DNA of 64,000 nucleotides from Candidatus Hodarchaeota archaeon (GTDB taxonomy: Archaea; Asgardarchaeota; Lokiarchaeia; Sigyniarchaeales; SOKP01). Within the stretch, counting starts at the first letter, position 1; every line of letters begins with the position of its first letter. Position numbers and translations under genes: made by a program. A model generated the notes under the pieces. It searched no databases, had not been told where the DNA came from, and saw only the letters and a program-made list of their open reading frames with translations. Below are positions 19,707 to 28,567 of this stretch, piece by piece. The stretch is from assembly GCA_048886685.1 (NCBI GenBank), contig JBHLKM010000001.1:1-64000 (forward strand), in the 5' to 3' direction.

Positions 19707-20839
19707 AAGAATTTATCAATTCCAGATTTAAATTTAAGATCTTGACTTTTTTCTAAGTATGGTTTAACATAATCAATAATTTTTTGATTAAAGTTTTTCA
19801 ATTTGGATAAATTTCCCCTTCTATATACGTCTAAAATAGATTCCTCCAAGTTATTAAGGTTTAAACCGGCCCACATCATTGCTTTATTAGATTTTCCTGT
19901 CTTTAATGAATCTATGTATGACTTATTTAACAACAGCTCAGAGATCTTATAATTCCATTTACGATAATCTGAAGGAATCCATCTTTTTATTCTTACTGCT
20001 ATATTATATTTTTTACATAAATTCAATAATTTAAGATGTAATTTTTTTATATATTGGGCAGGTGGATGCATTTCACCTTTATATAATTCAAGCAATGGCT
20101 TGACAACATACTTATACCTACTATTATTTAATATTTTTACGAAATATTCAGCTTGAGAATCACGCATAGTTAAACCAGGTGAAAACAACACAAAATCTGC
20201 TCCAAATTTACTAGATTGCTTGATTATATCTTCCAAGTTTCCATCGTCATCTGCTAAGAATGGAATAATTGGGATCAAATAGGTCCCTACTTGAATATTA
20301 GGGGCTTTCCTTTTTATGATTTGTATGGCTTGCAACCTTTCAGAAGGAGGTGATGAGTAAGGTTCCAAAAATTTAGAAAGTTCCTCGTTGATGGTAGTTA
20401 TTGAAAATCCTATTGTACCCCATGTATCTTCTGCGATTTTTTTTAATATATCAATATCTCGAGTAATTAATTTTGATTTAGTAGCAATATTAATCGGGAA
20501 TTTATGTTTCGCTATTACTTGTAGAACTTTTCTTGTATGTTCAATCTCCTGTTCAATTGGTTGGTAAGCGTCATTTACTCCTCCTGGAGCAATTACATCT
20601 GGCAATAAAGTTCGCGCTCTTTTTAACCTCAGATCTAATTTTTTATCAAAATTGGTCTTAATAATGACTTCATTTTCAAAATTTTCTAAATAATATCGCT
20701 GACTTCGAGCATCGCAATAAATGCAAGCATGAGCACATCCTGAATATGTGTTCAAAGTATACCTTGACCAAAACCATGAATCAGGATATTTTAATTTATT
20801 TATGACAGATTTGAATTCTTTATATCTATATATAACCAT
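19703..20839 (-). CDS. Radical SAM protein, spore photoproduct lyase-like family
   Basis: LNTYSGCAHACIYCDAR, DAYQPIE and TKSKLITRDID. Confidence 0.85.
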   Translation of the reverse strand: MVIYRYKEFKSVINKLKYPDSWFWSRYTLNTYSGCAHACIYCDARSQRYYLENFENEVIIKTNFDKKLDLRLKRARTLLPDVIAPGGVNDAYQPIEQEIEHTRKVLQVIAKHKFPINIATKSKLITRDIDILKKIAEDTWGTIGFSITTINEELSKFLEPYSSPPSERLQAIQIIKRKAPNIQVGTYLIPIIPFLADDDGNLEDIIKQSSKFGADFVLFSPGLTMRDSQAEYFVKILNNSRYKYVVKPLLELYKGEMHPPAQYIKKLHLKLLNLCKKYNIAVRIKRWIPSDYRKWNYKISELLLNKSYIDSLKTGKSNKAMMWAGLNLNNLEESILDVYRRGNLSKLKNFNQKIIDYVKPYLEKSQDLKFKSGIDKFL

Positions 20840-21204
20840 AATCTTGCCTAATTATTCTGTGTCCTCATAATAAAATTAAAAATTTAAGATTATTGAAACA
20901 AAAATATAATAGATTTAATTTTAATAGAGGGAAAAAACGCCAGTTAAATAAAAAAGTGATCTAATATGGAAATGGAAAAAAAATTTAGCTGACGTTTTTT
21001 CAAATATAACATACAACTTTGTGAATTTATTTTTTTGCCTTTTTTTTTATTAAAAGGTTTATAAATTTCTTATAAAAATAGGGAGGGAATTTAAAATTTT
21101 AGAAGTAAGGAATATTTCCACTTGGAGTGATAATTGAAAATTTTGAATCGTGAAAAATAGAACTTTGCATTAAAAATTTAGTTGAAAAATTTGAGTTTAA
21201 GACA

Positions 21205-21297
21205 TGCGCCGCCCGGGAATCGAACCCGGGTCACTGGCTGTCTTCAATCAGTTCTGACTATGGAAGGCCAGAATCCTAACCCCTAGACTAGCGGCGC
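21205..21297 (-). tRNA. tRNA-Gly(UCC) with a canonical 21-nt 37/38 intron (21240-21260)
   Basis: GCGCCGC acceptor stem; CTGGC CTTCCA^[TAGTCAGAACTGATTGAAGAC]^A GCCAG; BHB with a CTTC/GAAG central helix. Confidence 0.95.
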
Positions 21298-21340
21298 TTA
21301 TTATTATAAAAAAATACCATTTCTTATAACTTTAGTGATT

Positions 21341-22015
21341 TTATTGAATATTATGACTTAACTCATAGTACGTAATGATTTTATTAGTAATTACCCATGC
21401 ATCTAAAGAATATTCTGAAATAGAAATTAATTTATTAGTTAGTTTTAAAACTTCTTCTGAAAAGGTATTCTTCTGGAATCCACCAATAATAGCGATTATA
21501 TTTCTAGATAAAGCTTCTGGAAACAAATCTTTGTAGTTATTAACTAATTTTCCTCTACTTGAAAGTAAAATAGTTTCTGGATTTTTGAATTTATCAATTA
21601 AATCAGGTAATTTTCCTTCATACTGAGAGATTAAGTTCTTACCATTTACTTTAATATTGCCATCAATCAACACTTTTGCCATTAATCCTTTAAACCGATT
21701 ATAATTTCTGGCTATTCTTATTTCTGAATTAAATTCATAAATTCTATTGTTCGTAGTATGAATAAATAAGTTCAGATTTCCAGTTTTGTTTAATGTCGAT
21801 CCTAAAGCATTGAGCAAACATAAATGAGTAATGTCAGGACGACCCCTCTTTTCCGAATTCTTCAAACTTTTAATAGCACTATGATGGAGAGCGTTATCTA
21901 AAATTTGAGAAGAATATATTTGTGAAGACAAATTTTTTTTAATAGCAGAATGATTTCTAATTTCTTTGGGGATTAATTCTATACCACATTCCACTAAAAC
22001 TATAATTAAAGGCAT
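21341..22015 (-). CDS. nep1: 16S rRNA pseudouridine N1-methyltransferase Nep1/Emg1
   Basis: ILDNALHH, RGRPDITHLCLL, RIARNYNRFKGLM and IGGF. Confidence 0.93.
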   Translation of the reverse strand: MPLIIVLVECGIELIPKEIRNHSAIKKNLSSQIYSSQILDNALHHSAIKSLKNSEKRGRPDITHLCLLNALGSTLNKTGNLNLFIHTTNNRIYEFNSEIRIARNYNRFKGLMAKVLIDGNIKVNGKNLISQYEGKLPDLIDKFKNPETILLSSRGKLVNNYKDLFPEALSRNIIAIIGGFQKNTFSEEVLKLTNKLISISEYSLDAWVITNKIITYYELSHNIQ

Positions 22016-22031
22016 ATTTTTCCTTGCTTCA

Positions 22032-22394
22032 TTAATTTAATTCAGAAAATTTTTTTTTAACTCTTAAAGTTTTAATAAAATATCTGGTTGTATTATTACA
22101 TTCAAAACATGTTAAAGAAATATGAGAGCCCTTTCCCTTATGAGAGTGCATTCTAATCCTATAATTTAACCCAGGGTATAAAAATTTTTTACATTTTTTA
22201 CATATACGTTTTTTCCACTCATATGGTAATTTTATTTTTGCTCGCTGAGCATAACGTCGAGCTAGATAAATATATCTATTCGCTAATGATTTATTTTCAG
22301 GAAATATATCATGAGCTCTTTGAAATAAATACAATATCCGACTTTTTGCAATTTTTTTTATTATTACCTTATAATTTCTATTTTTTTTTGCCAT
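22032..22394 (-). CDS. rnp4: RNase P protein component 4 (Rpp21)
   Basis: IAKSRILYLF, LANRYIYLAR, KRICKKC and TCFEC. Confidence 0.93.
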   Translation of the reverse strand: MAKKNRNYKVIIKKIAKSRILYLFQRAHDIFPENKSLANRYIYLARRYAQRAKIKLPYEWKKRICKKCKKFLYPGLNYRIRMHSHKGKGSHISLTCFECNNTTRYFIKTLRVKKKFSELN

Positions 22395-22425
22395 ATAAAT
22401 GCTTTCAAATAAAATTTTATTTAAG

Positions 22426-22713
22426 TTATTTAAGAGGTTCTAATGAGAGAATGAAAATTTTACCTCTGACGTCTAATAAATAAGAATTTGTCTGCTTTGA
22501 AATTTCAAGAGCAATGTCTTCAATATTTGATTTGGATGCGATTGTTTTTAATGCCTTTATTTTAATAATCTTATATCTTTTTAATAATCCAGTGACATGT
22601 AGTATAAACTCTTTAGTTATTCCACGCTTCCCTAAGGTACAATGTGGTTGCGATAGTAGCGCTTTTTTAAATTCTTTTTGGTAGTCCATCGTCCCAGAAC
22701 TCAAAAAATACAA
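22426..22713 (-). CDS. YhbY/CRM RNA-binding protein
   Basis: LGKRGIT, IIKIKALK and DVRGKIFIL. Confidence 0.85.
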   Translation of the reverse strand: MYFLSSGTMDYQKEFKKALLSQPHCTLGKRGITKEFILHVTGLLKRYKIIKIKALKTIASKSNIEDIALEISKQTNSYLLDVRGKIFILSLEPLK

Positions 22714-22783
22714 AAATTTTTAATCTATTCTAGCTTTAAAAACGTATTATATAAAATAAAGAAATATCAAATTAAAGATTAAC

Positions 22784-23209
22784 ATGTCTATATATGTCGT
22801 TCAACCAGAAAAACTGATCCAAGTTATTGCGGAAAAGTTAAAAGAATTTCCCGAAATTTCACCACCAAAAGGTTCAGAATTTTGGAAGACAGCGTTTTTC
22901 AAAGAATTAGCTCCTATGGATTCTGAAAATTTCTGGTATATCCGGTGCGCTTCCTTACTCAGAAAAGTGAAGAAATTTGGGCCTATTGGTGTAAATAAAC
23001 TTCGAAAATTTTACGGTGGAAGAAATAGAAAAGGTAAAGGATTACATCATTCTGCGAGGGGAAGTGGAAAAATAATAAGAGTAGCTCTTCATCAGCTTGA
23101 AAAAGCAAATCTAATAGAAATGAAAGAAAAACAAGGAAGGGTTCTTTCTTCTGAAGGGATAAGTTTTTTAGAACGGACGGCATACGGAATTATGAGAACT
23201 AAAGACTGA
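22784..23209 (+). CDS. rps19e: Ribosomal protein eS19
   Basis: WYIRCASLLRK, YGGR and GSGKIIRVALHQLE. Confidence 0.97.
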   Translation: MSIYVVQPEKLIQVIAEKLKEFPEISPPKGSEFWKTAFFKELAPMDSENFWYIRCASLLRKVKKFGPIGVNKLRKFYGGRNRKGKGLHHSARGSGKIIRVALHQLEKANLIEMKEKQGRVLSSEGISFLERTAYGIMRTKD

Positions 23210-23243
23210 TCATATTAAAAGGTGTAATTTTTAGGGGTTTAAA

Positions 23244-23585
23244 TTGAGCAACGAAGAGGAATTAGAAAATATAAGAAGGAGAAAGTTGGAAGAATTAAGA
23301 CAACAAGCAGCACAACAACAAATAGCAGAAGCTCAACAGCAAGAATTTGAAGAAAAAAAGTATCTAATAATGAGAAAGATCTTAAGTGTTGAAGGAAGAC
23401 AGAGACTTGAAAATATTCGAATTGTCAAACCACAATATGCTGAACAAATAGAATTACAATTGATTCAACTATTCCAAAGTGGTAAATTAAGAGGATCAAC
23501 ACCTCTACCAGATAAAGCATTTAAAAAACTCCTAGAACAGTTATCAACATTCGAAAGGAAGAAAGAGTTTAAAATTAAAAAATAA
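23244..23585 (+). CDS. PDCD5-like DNA-binding protein
   Basis: ELENIRRRKLEEL, GRQRLENIRIVKP; conserved position after rps19e. Confidence 0.92.
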   Translation: MSNEEELENIRRRKLEELRQQAAQQQIAEAQQQEFEEKKYLIMRKILSVEGRQRLENIRIVKPQYAEQIELQLIQLFQSGKLRGSTPLPDKAFKKLLEQLSTFERKKEFKIKK

Positions 23586-23607
23586 TTATAAATAGAAGGA
23601 ATTTAAA

Positions 23608-23769
23608 ATGGCTCGTAATAAAGATTTACCATCGAAATTGCGTAGAGCGAATAGAATGAAACAAAATAAGTCAGTACCTAATTGGGTGATTCAGAGAACC
23701 GCAGGAAAGGTTAGAACTAGCCCTTATTCCAGAAGAACATGGAGGAATACAAGGTTAAAAAGAGATTAA
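23608..23769 (+). CDS. rpl39e: Ribosomal protein eL39
   Basis: Not in the ORF track. MARNKDLPSKLRRANRMKQNKSVPNWVIQRTAGKVRTSPYSRRTWRNTRLKRD. Confidence 0.95.
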   Translation: MARNKDLPSKLRRANRMKQNKSVPNWVIQRTAGKVRTSPYSRRTWRNTRLKRD

Positions 23770-23798
23770 TTGTAATTATTTATCAAAAAAAAATCTGA

Positions 23799-24257
23799 AT
23801 GAAAATGGCTAAAAAAGAAAAAGGAATCAATTTAGACGATTTAGAAGAAGAGTTAATAGACTCGGAAGAAGAAATTGAAGAAGAGATAGAAGAAATTGAA
23901 GAGTTTAGCTTAGATGAAATTACTGAAGAAGAGGAAATAAGTGAAATTTTTGAAGAGGAAGTTGGAGTTATAGAAGAAGTTGAGGAAGAAGAGGTTCCAA
24001 GAGAAGAAATTATTGATGAGAGGATATATATTATCCCTCTTGCGAAAGCAAGAAAAGGACCCAGAAACAAATGGGCTAAAAAGTCAATTCGATATTTAAG
24101 AGATTTTATGACCCGCCATTTTAAACCCGAATCATTGGTCATTTCTCAAGAAGTAAATGAACGAATATGGGAACGTGGAATTCAGAAACCTCCGAGGAAA
24201 TTAAAGGTTAGGGTTACTAAGAATATAGATGGACTCTGTGTTGTCTATTTAGCTTAA
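23799..24257 (+). CDS. rpl31e: Ribosomal protein eL31 with a long acidic N-terminal extension
   Basis: ERIYIIPL and EVNERIWERGIQKPPRKLKVRV. Confidence 0.95.
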   Translation: MKMAKKEKGINLDDLEEELIDSEEEIEEEIEEIEEFSLDEITEEEEISEIFEEEVGVIEEVEEEEVPREEIIDERIYIIPLAKARKGPRNKWAKKSIRYLRDFMTRHFKPESLVISQEVNERIWERGIQKPPRKLKVRVTKNIDGLCVVYLA

Positions 24258-24336
24258 TAGTTTATTTAATTTTAAGGATCGTGTTCATTTTTTATTATAT
24301 ATTATTTAATAATCTATAGATATAGCAAAGCTTCGA

Positions 24337-25017
24337 ATGGCAATTTTAAGATCCCAAATTTTTGGACGTAGTTTAATTGGAGTTTATCTCGCTGCTAATA
24401 ACTCATACGTCCTTTATCCACCAAATCTACTTAATCCATTGCTTAAGAAGTATAGAAGCACTTTTATGGAACCTTTTTATCCTCTCACAATCAATAATTC
24501 CAATCTATTAGGTGTATATATTGCTTCTAATAAATATGGTATAATAGTCCCTCATATTATAAAGGATGATGAGTTAGAAAAATTGAGAGAATTTTTAAAA
24601 AAGGCTACAGATTCTCCCCAAATTTGTGTTTTAAAATCCATAGATAACGCATTTGGAAATTTAATTCTCTGCAATGATAAGGGTGCCATTATTAGTTCAT
24701 TTTTAAAAGATCATAAGGAGATTATTGAAAATACTTTAAATGTTGAGACAATTGTTTATGAATTTGCTGACAATTATCTTCCAGGCTCAATTTCATTAGT
24801 TAATAATAATGGATGTGTTGTACATCCTCTCTCCACTGATGATGAAATCGATTATTTAGCTTCTATTTTAAAAGTTAATGAAGTAGATGTTTCAACAGTT
24901 AACCGTGGTGTACCATATTTAAGTTCAGGAGCAATTGTAAATGATAAGAATGGTATTTTTGGAATAGACTGTACAGGTCCAGAATTGATACGAATTACGA
25001 GTGTTCTACAATTATAA
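24337..25017 (+). CDS. eif6: Translation initiation factor 6 (aIF6)
   Basis: FGNLILCNDKGA, NNNGCVVHP, TVNRG and CTGPEL. Confidence 0.95.
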   Translation: MAILRSQIFGRSLIGVYLAANNSYVLYPPNLLNPLLKKYRSTFMEPFYPLTINNSNLLGVYIASNKYGIIVPHIIKDDELEKLREFLKKATDSPQICVLKSIDNAFGNLILCNDKGAIISSFLKDHKEIIENTLNVETIVYEFADNYLPGSISLVNNNGCVVHPLSTDDEIDYLASILKVNEVDVSTVNRGVPYLSSGAIVNDKNGIFGIDCTGPELIRITSVLQL

Positions 25018-25109
25018 AGAAATTCTTTGTATAAAATAAAAGCAAAATTTATTATTTTCTAAAATATTATCCTTTTTTAAAAGCATTGATTCATCGGATC
25101 TAATTAGCA

Positions 25110-25337
25110 ATGTCAGAGATTAAAATTTATAGAATCATAGGCAATTACAATAAAAATCATAAGAAATATTTATTCCGTAAAGAAGTTCGTGCTTTGAAAG
25201 AAGAAGATGCTCTTGAAAAAGTTTTAAGTCAAATTACTTCTATAGGAATTTACAGACGCCAAATTAATATTCAAGAAGTTAAAGAAATAACTCTAGATGA
25301 ATCACAAGATTATCTTATTAGGGAATTATCAGAATAA
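25110..25337 (+). CDS. rpl18a: Ribosomal protein eL20 (L18a/LX)
   Basis: FRKEVRALKEEDALEKVLS...RRQINIQEVKEI; conserved operon position. Confidence 0.9.
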   Translation: MSEIKIYRIIGNYNKNHKKYLFRKEVRALKEEDALEKVLSQITSIGIYRRQINIQEVKEITLDESQDYLIRELSE

Positions 25338-25365
25338 TTAAAAATTAAAACGGATTTGATAGATT

Positions 25366-25782
25366 TTGGAATCTTCTCAAGATTATCAGGAGCAATTACA
25401 GATATTTAGAATATTGAGGGAACAACGAGAAATGTACCAAGGGCAAATGGAGATACTAAATGTTTCTCGAGCAAATCTTATGAATACAAAGATAACTATT
25501 GAAAATATTAAGGAAGGTGTAAAAGAAAACGATGAAATTTTAATACCTATTGGAGGCATGGCAAACATCAAAGCGTCTATTAATGATCCTGAGAAAGTAT
25601 TACTAGCAGTTACTCATGATCTTATAATTGAAAAAGATTTGGACGGAGCGATTGAACTACTTGAAAAGAGAATTGAACAGCATGATAAAGAAATCCAAAT
25701 CGTAAGAACTCAATTACAAAATATAGATATTAATTTACAAAAAACTACTCAATTAATTCAAAGAGGTTATCGTCAACAATAG
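25366..25782 (+). CDS. pfdA: Prefoldin alpha subunit
   Basis: Coiled coil with EILIPIGG...KVLL...IEKDLDGAIELLEKR. Confidence 0.92.
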   Translation: MESSQDYQEQLQIFRILREQREMYQGQMEILNVSRANLMNTKITIENIKEGVKENDEILIPIGGMANIKASINDPEKVLLAVTHDLIIEKDLDGAIELLEKRIEQHDKEIQIVRTQLQNIDINLQKTTQLIQRGYRQQ

Positions 25783-25844
25783 ACCTCATCGATGTAATTT
25801 TAATTAAATCTTTTTATATAAAGCTAATGCTTGTGAAGATATAA

Positions 25845-26744
25845 ATGCTTGAAAAGCTAAGAAACGTATTTTCTACTTTTGTTAAAAAAACCTTGACAGA
25901 AAAAAAGATAGATGAGGCTATAAATGATTTAAGAATACTCCTTATTAGTAATGATGTTGCTATAGATACCGCTGATGAAATCTGTAAAAGTATAGCTGAT
26001 TCTTTTAAGGGTCAACAAATTGCTCGATTAACATCAACTAAAAAAATACTATTTGACACATTAAAAAAAATTATTATTAAAATCTTAACACCTGAAAAAG
26101 ATATTGATATAATTAAAGAAATTAAGACCAAAAACTCGTTAGGTTTACCATATATAATTGTATTTTTTGGAATAAACGGGACAGGAAAGACTACTACAAT
26201 TGCTAAAGTAGCCAATTTCTTAAAAGAAAGTAACATCAATTCTGTTGCAGCTGCTTCAGATACTTTCCGCGCTGGAGCTATTGAACAATTAACTAAACAT
26301 ATGAACAATGTTGGCATTAGAATTATAAAACATGGATATAAATCTGATCCTGCGTCAGTTGCTTATGATGCAATTGAACATGCTAAAGCTAAAGAAATAA
26401 ACGTAGTTTTAATAGATACTTCTGGAAGGCAGACAACCAACCGAAACTTAATGATGGAAATGCAGAAAATCTGTAGAGTTACAAATCCGGATCTCAAAAT
26501 ATTCATAGGAGACAGCCTTGCGGGAAATGATGTTTTATATCAAGCTAGAGAATTTGACAAGCACGTTGGAATTGATGCTAATATCCTAACTAAGCTTGAT
26601 GCAGATGCAAAAGGTGGCGCAGCATTATCAATTTCGTTTGAAACTAAAAAACCTGTTCTTTTTGTTGGTACTGGGCAGGGCTATAGCGATTTAATACCGT
26701 TTAATAGAGATCTGTTTATTTCAAATATTCTCAACATCGAATAA
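25845..26744 (+). CDS. ftsY: SRP receptor FtsY
   Basis: GINGTGKTTT, DTFRAGAIEQL, DTSGR and TKLDADAKGG. Confidence 0.96.
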   Translation: MLEKLRNVFSTFVKKTLTEKKIDEAINDLRILLISNDVAIDTADEICKSIADSFKGQQIARLTSTKKILFDTLKKIIIKILTPEKDIDIIKEIKTKNSLGLPYIIVFFGINGTGKTTTIAKVANFLKESNINSVAAASDTFRAGAIEQLTKHMNNVGIRIIKHGYKSDPASVAYDAIEHAKAKEINVVLIDTSGRQTTNRNLMMEMQKICRVTNPDLKIFIGDSLAGNDVLYQAREFDKHVGIDANILTKLDADAKGGAALSISFETKKPVLFVGTGQGYSDLIPFNRDLFISNILNIE

Positions 26745-26806
26745 GGATGTAAATGAAAAATGGTTATATTAGATAAATTAAAATAACTTTCTTAATTTAA
26801 TTAGAT

Positions 26807-27049
26807 GTGTCAACTTACCCAAAATATGAAAAGTACTCGAAACTAGATCAGAAAAAGAAACCTGGTCTTTATGAAAGATTAGCAATTTTCTTTCGAAATT
26901 CGAAAAGGATTTTAAAAATAGCTAATAAGCCAAACCGAAAGGATTATTTTCTAGTTTTTAAAATTTGTGGAATAGGCCTTTTACTTTTAGGTGCTTTATC
27001 ATTTGTCATACAACTAATATTCTCAGTAACACTACCTATTGCCGATTAA
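26807..27049 (+). CDS. secE: Protein translocase SecE/Sec61-gamma
   Basis: RILKIANKPNRKDY...KICGIGLLLLG plus one TM segment; follows ftsY. Confidence 0.9.
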   Translation: MSTYPKYEKYSKLDQKKKPGLYERLAIFFRNSKRILKIANKPNRKDYFLVFKICGIGLLLLGALSFVIQLIFSVTLPIAD

Positions 27050-27069
27050 AATCCCACATAAGAGAGATC

Positions 27070-28291
27070 CTAAATATAAAAGATATCGATGTTATTAGGT
27101 ATATTAAGGTCATCTTCCTTATTTTTGCAGGCTATAAATTTGATCTTCATATTTATCGAGAGTGAGAGAAGTCTTTTTGTCAAAATTCCATCAATTATTA
27201 GATATTGAGTATCTTTAAAGTTTCTAATCTTTTCAAAAGTTTCCCCAACCGGAATGTCAAATAATTTCTCAAGACTTTTATTAAATCCAATACTGTGACC
27301 CGTTTGTATAGTATCGAGTGCCTCTAAAATTATTGATTCATCTTTTATCTTTGATTTTTTCAAATATTTTTGAAGTGATACCTCTTTACTAGCATATTTT
27401 TTTTCTCCTGCATTACCCTTTTTAATATCTTTTATTTGCTTTGCTGGTCGTTTGTTTTGTAGTGCTTTGATCATTTGTTTTCTAGTTAATTCTTCAACCT
27501 CATATCCATCTGGAGCTCTAGCAACATAATCTAGCTGTAATACTTGCATCAATTCATTTAAAATAATAGTGCCACCGCGATCTCCGTCAAGAAAACATGT
27601 TACTGTTTTTTTCCCTTTTGCTAAATCCATAACTGATTTAGGTATTTGAGTTCCTTGGACGGCAATTGTATTCTTAATACCAATTCGTAATAAATTTAAC
27701 ACATCAGCTCGTCCTTCTACAATAATGAGATCTGGGTTTTTTTCAACTTCTGGGCCTGCTGGAAGATTATCCTTGCCCCATGTTATAATTTCTCCAAGTT
27801 TGATATCCTTATCTATCTTCTCTTCAATTTCACTTTGTTCTAACGACTTTTCATCCCACTTTTTTAAGAGTTCAGCAGCTCTTTCAATAATTTTCTTACG
27901 TTTAGTTTCGCGAACATCTCGAATTTCAATAAGAGAAATTTTTGCCTCGCATGGACCAACTCGAGATACTGTTTCTACAGTCGCCGCCAATAATGCAGTC
28001 TCCTTTCTTGTCAGAGAGGATGGGATTTTAATGATTCCTTCTGATACTCCCTCTTTAGAAATATTTTCTACTTCAATCCGTCCAATTCGTCCAGATTTTT
28101 GGAGATCCCTTAAATCTAAATCCAAAAGAAGACCTTCAGTTTAGCCGATTTGCCGATACGACCCTAACCTTTTATCTTTGGCCGAAAATGGCGCCGACTA
28201 TATCGCTTTTTTCTACAACACCTTTAATTGAAAATTTTACTTCTATAATATATTTAGTTGTAAACTCATTTTGATTTGTAATCTTGATCAC
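27070..28291 (-). CDS. dnaG: Archaeal DnaG (TOPRIM; exosome-associated), split gene: exon 1 28291-28178, intron 28177-28141, exon 2 28140-27070 (394 aa spliced)
   Basis: Exon 1 MIKITNQNEFTTKYIIEVKFSIKGVVEKSDIVGAIFGQ joins exon 2 TEGLLLDLDLRDLQKSGRIGRI. TOPRIM motifs IIVEGRADV and FLDGDRGG are present. Confidence 0.92.
28141..28177 (-). other. 37-nt BHB-type intron in dnaG pre-mRNA
   Basis: GGCC AA^A GAT...ATC GGCT AA^A: a 4-bp central helix (GGCC/GGCU) flanked by two 3-nt bulges and a GAT/ATC intron stem. Standard cleavage restores the reading frame. Confidence 0.85.
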
Positions 28292-28567
28292 TTCCTTTTC
28301 TTTAATTACTTCGTTTTATTACTTCTTACTTTATTCCAAATTTAAAATTTTTATTATGAGATTTAAATTATAACTTGGATAATTTTGATTTTTATGAAAT
28401 AATTTTATTTTGAAATTGAACTTAAAATCATCTTAATTTTGATGATTATAATTTATTTAGTTTATTAAATAATTTATTTTTTGCTAATTTTTGGAATTTT
28501 TAAATAGTTTTTTATGTCATATTTATTTTTGTTATATAATTTGAGAAAAAATTCGAGAGAATCATAA

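Noticed and set aside
20840-21200. Long AT-rich intergenic stretches (also 3480-3890, 8600-8920, 49345-49700) as ncRNA or replication origin
   Set aside because: They contain only poly-A/T tracts; I could not support ORB-like repeats or stable helices.
27725-28144. Antisense and overlapping ORFs from the track (for example 3979-4284, 7457-7861, 14419-14919, 23783-24142, 27725-28144, 28474-28929, 50787-51305)
   Set aside because: They are shadows of well-supported genes on the opposite strand or in another frame, with no motifs of their own.
28126-28291. dnaG as a simple pseudogene or frameshift error
   Set aside because: Both exons are intact, and the insert forms a BHB whose standard cut sites restore the conserved motif to the nucleotide. 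That is unlikely for random decay, although it still needs read-level confirmation.
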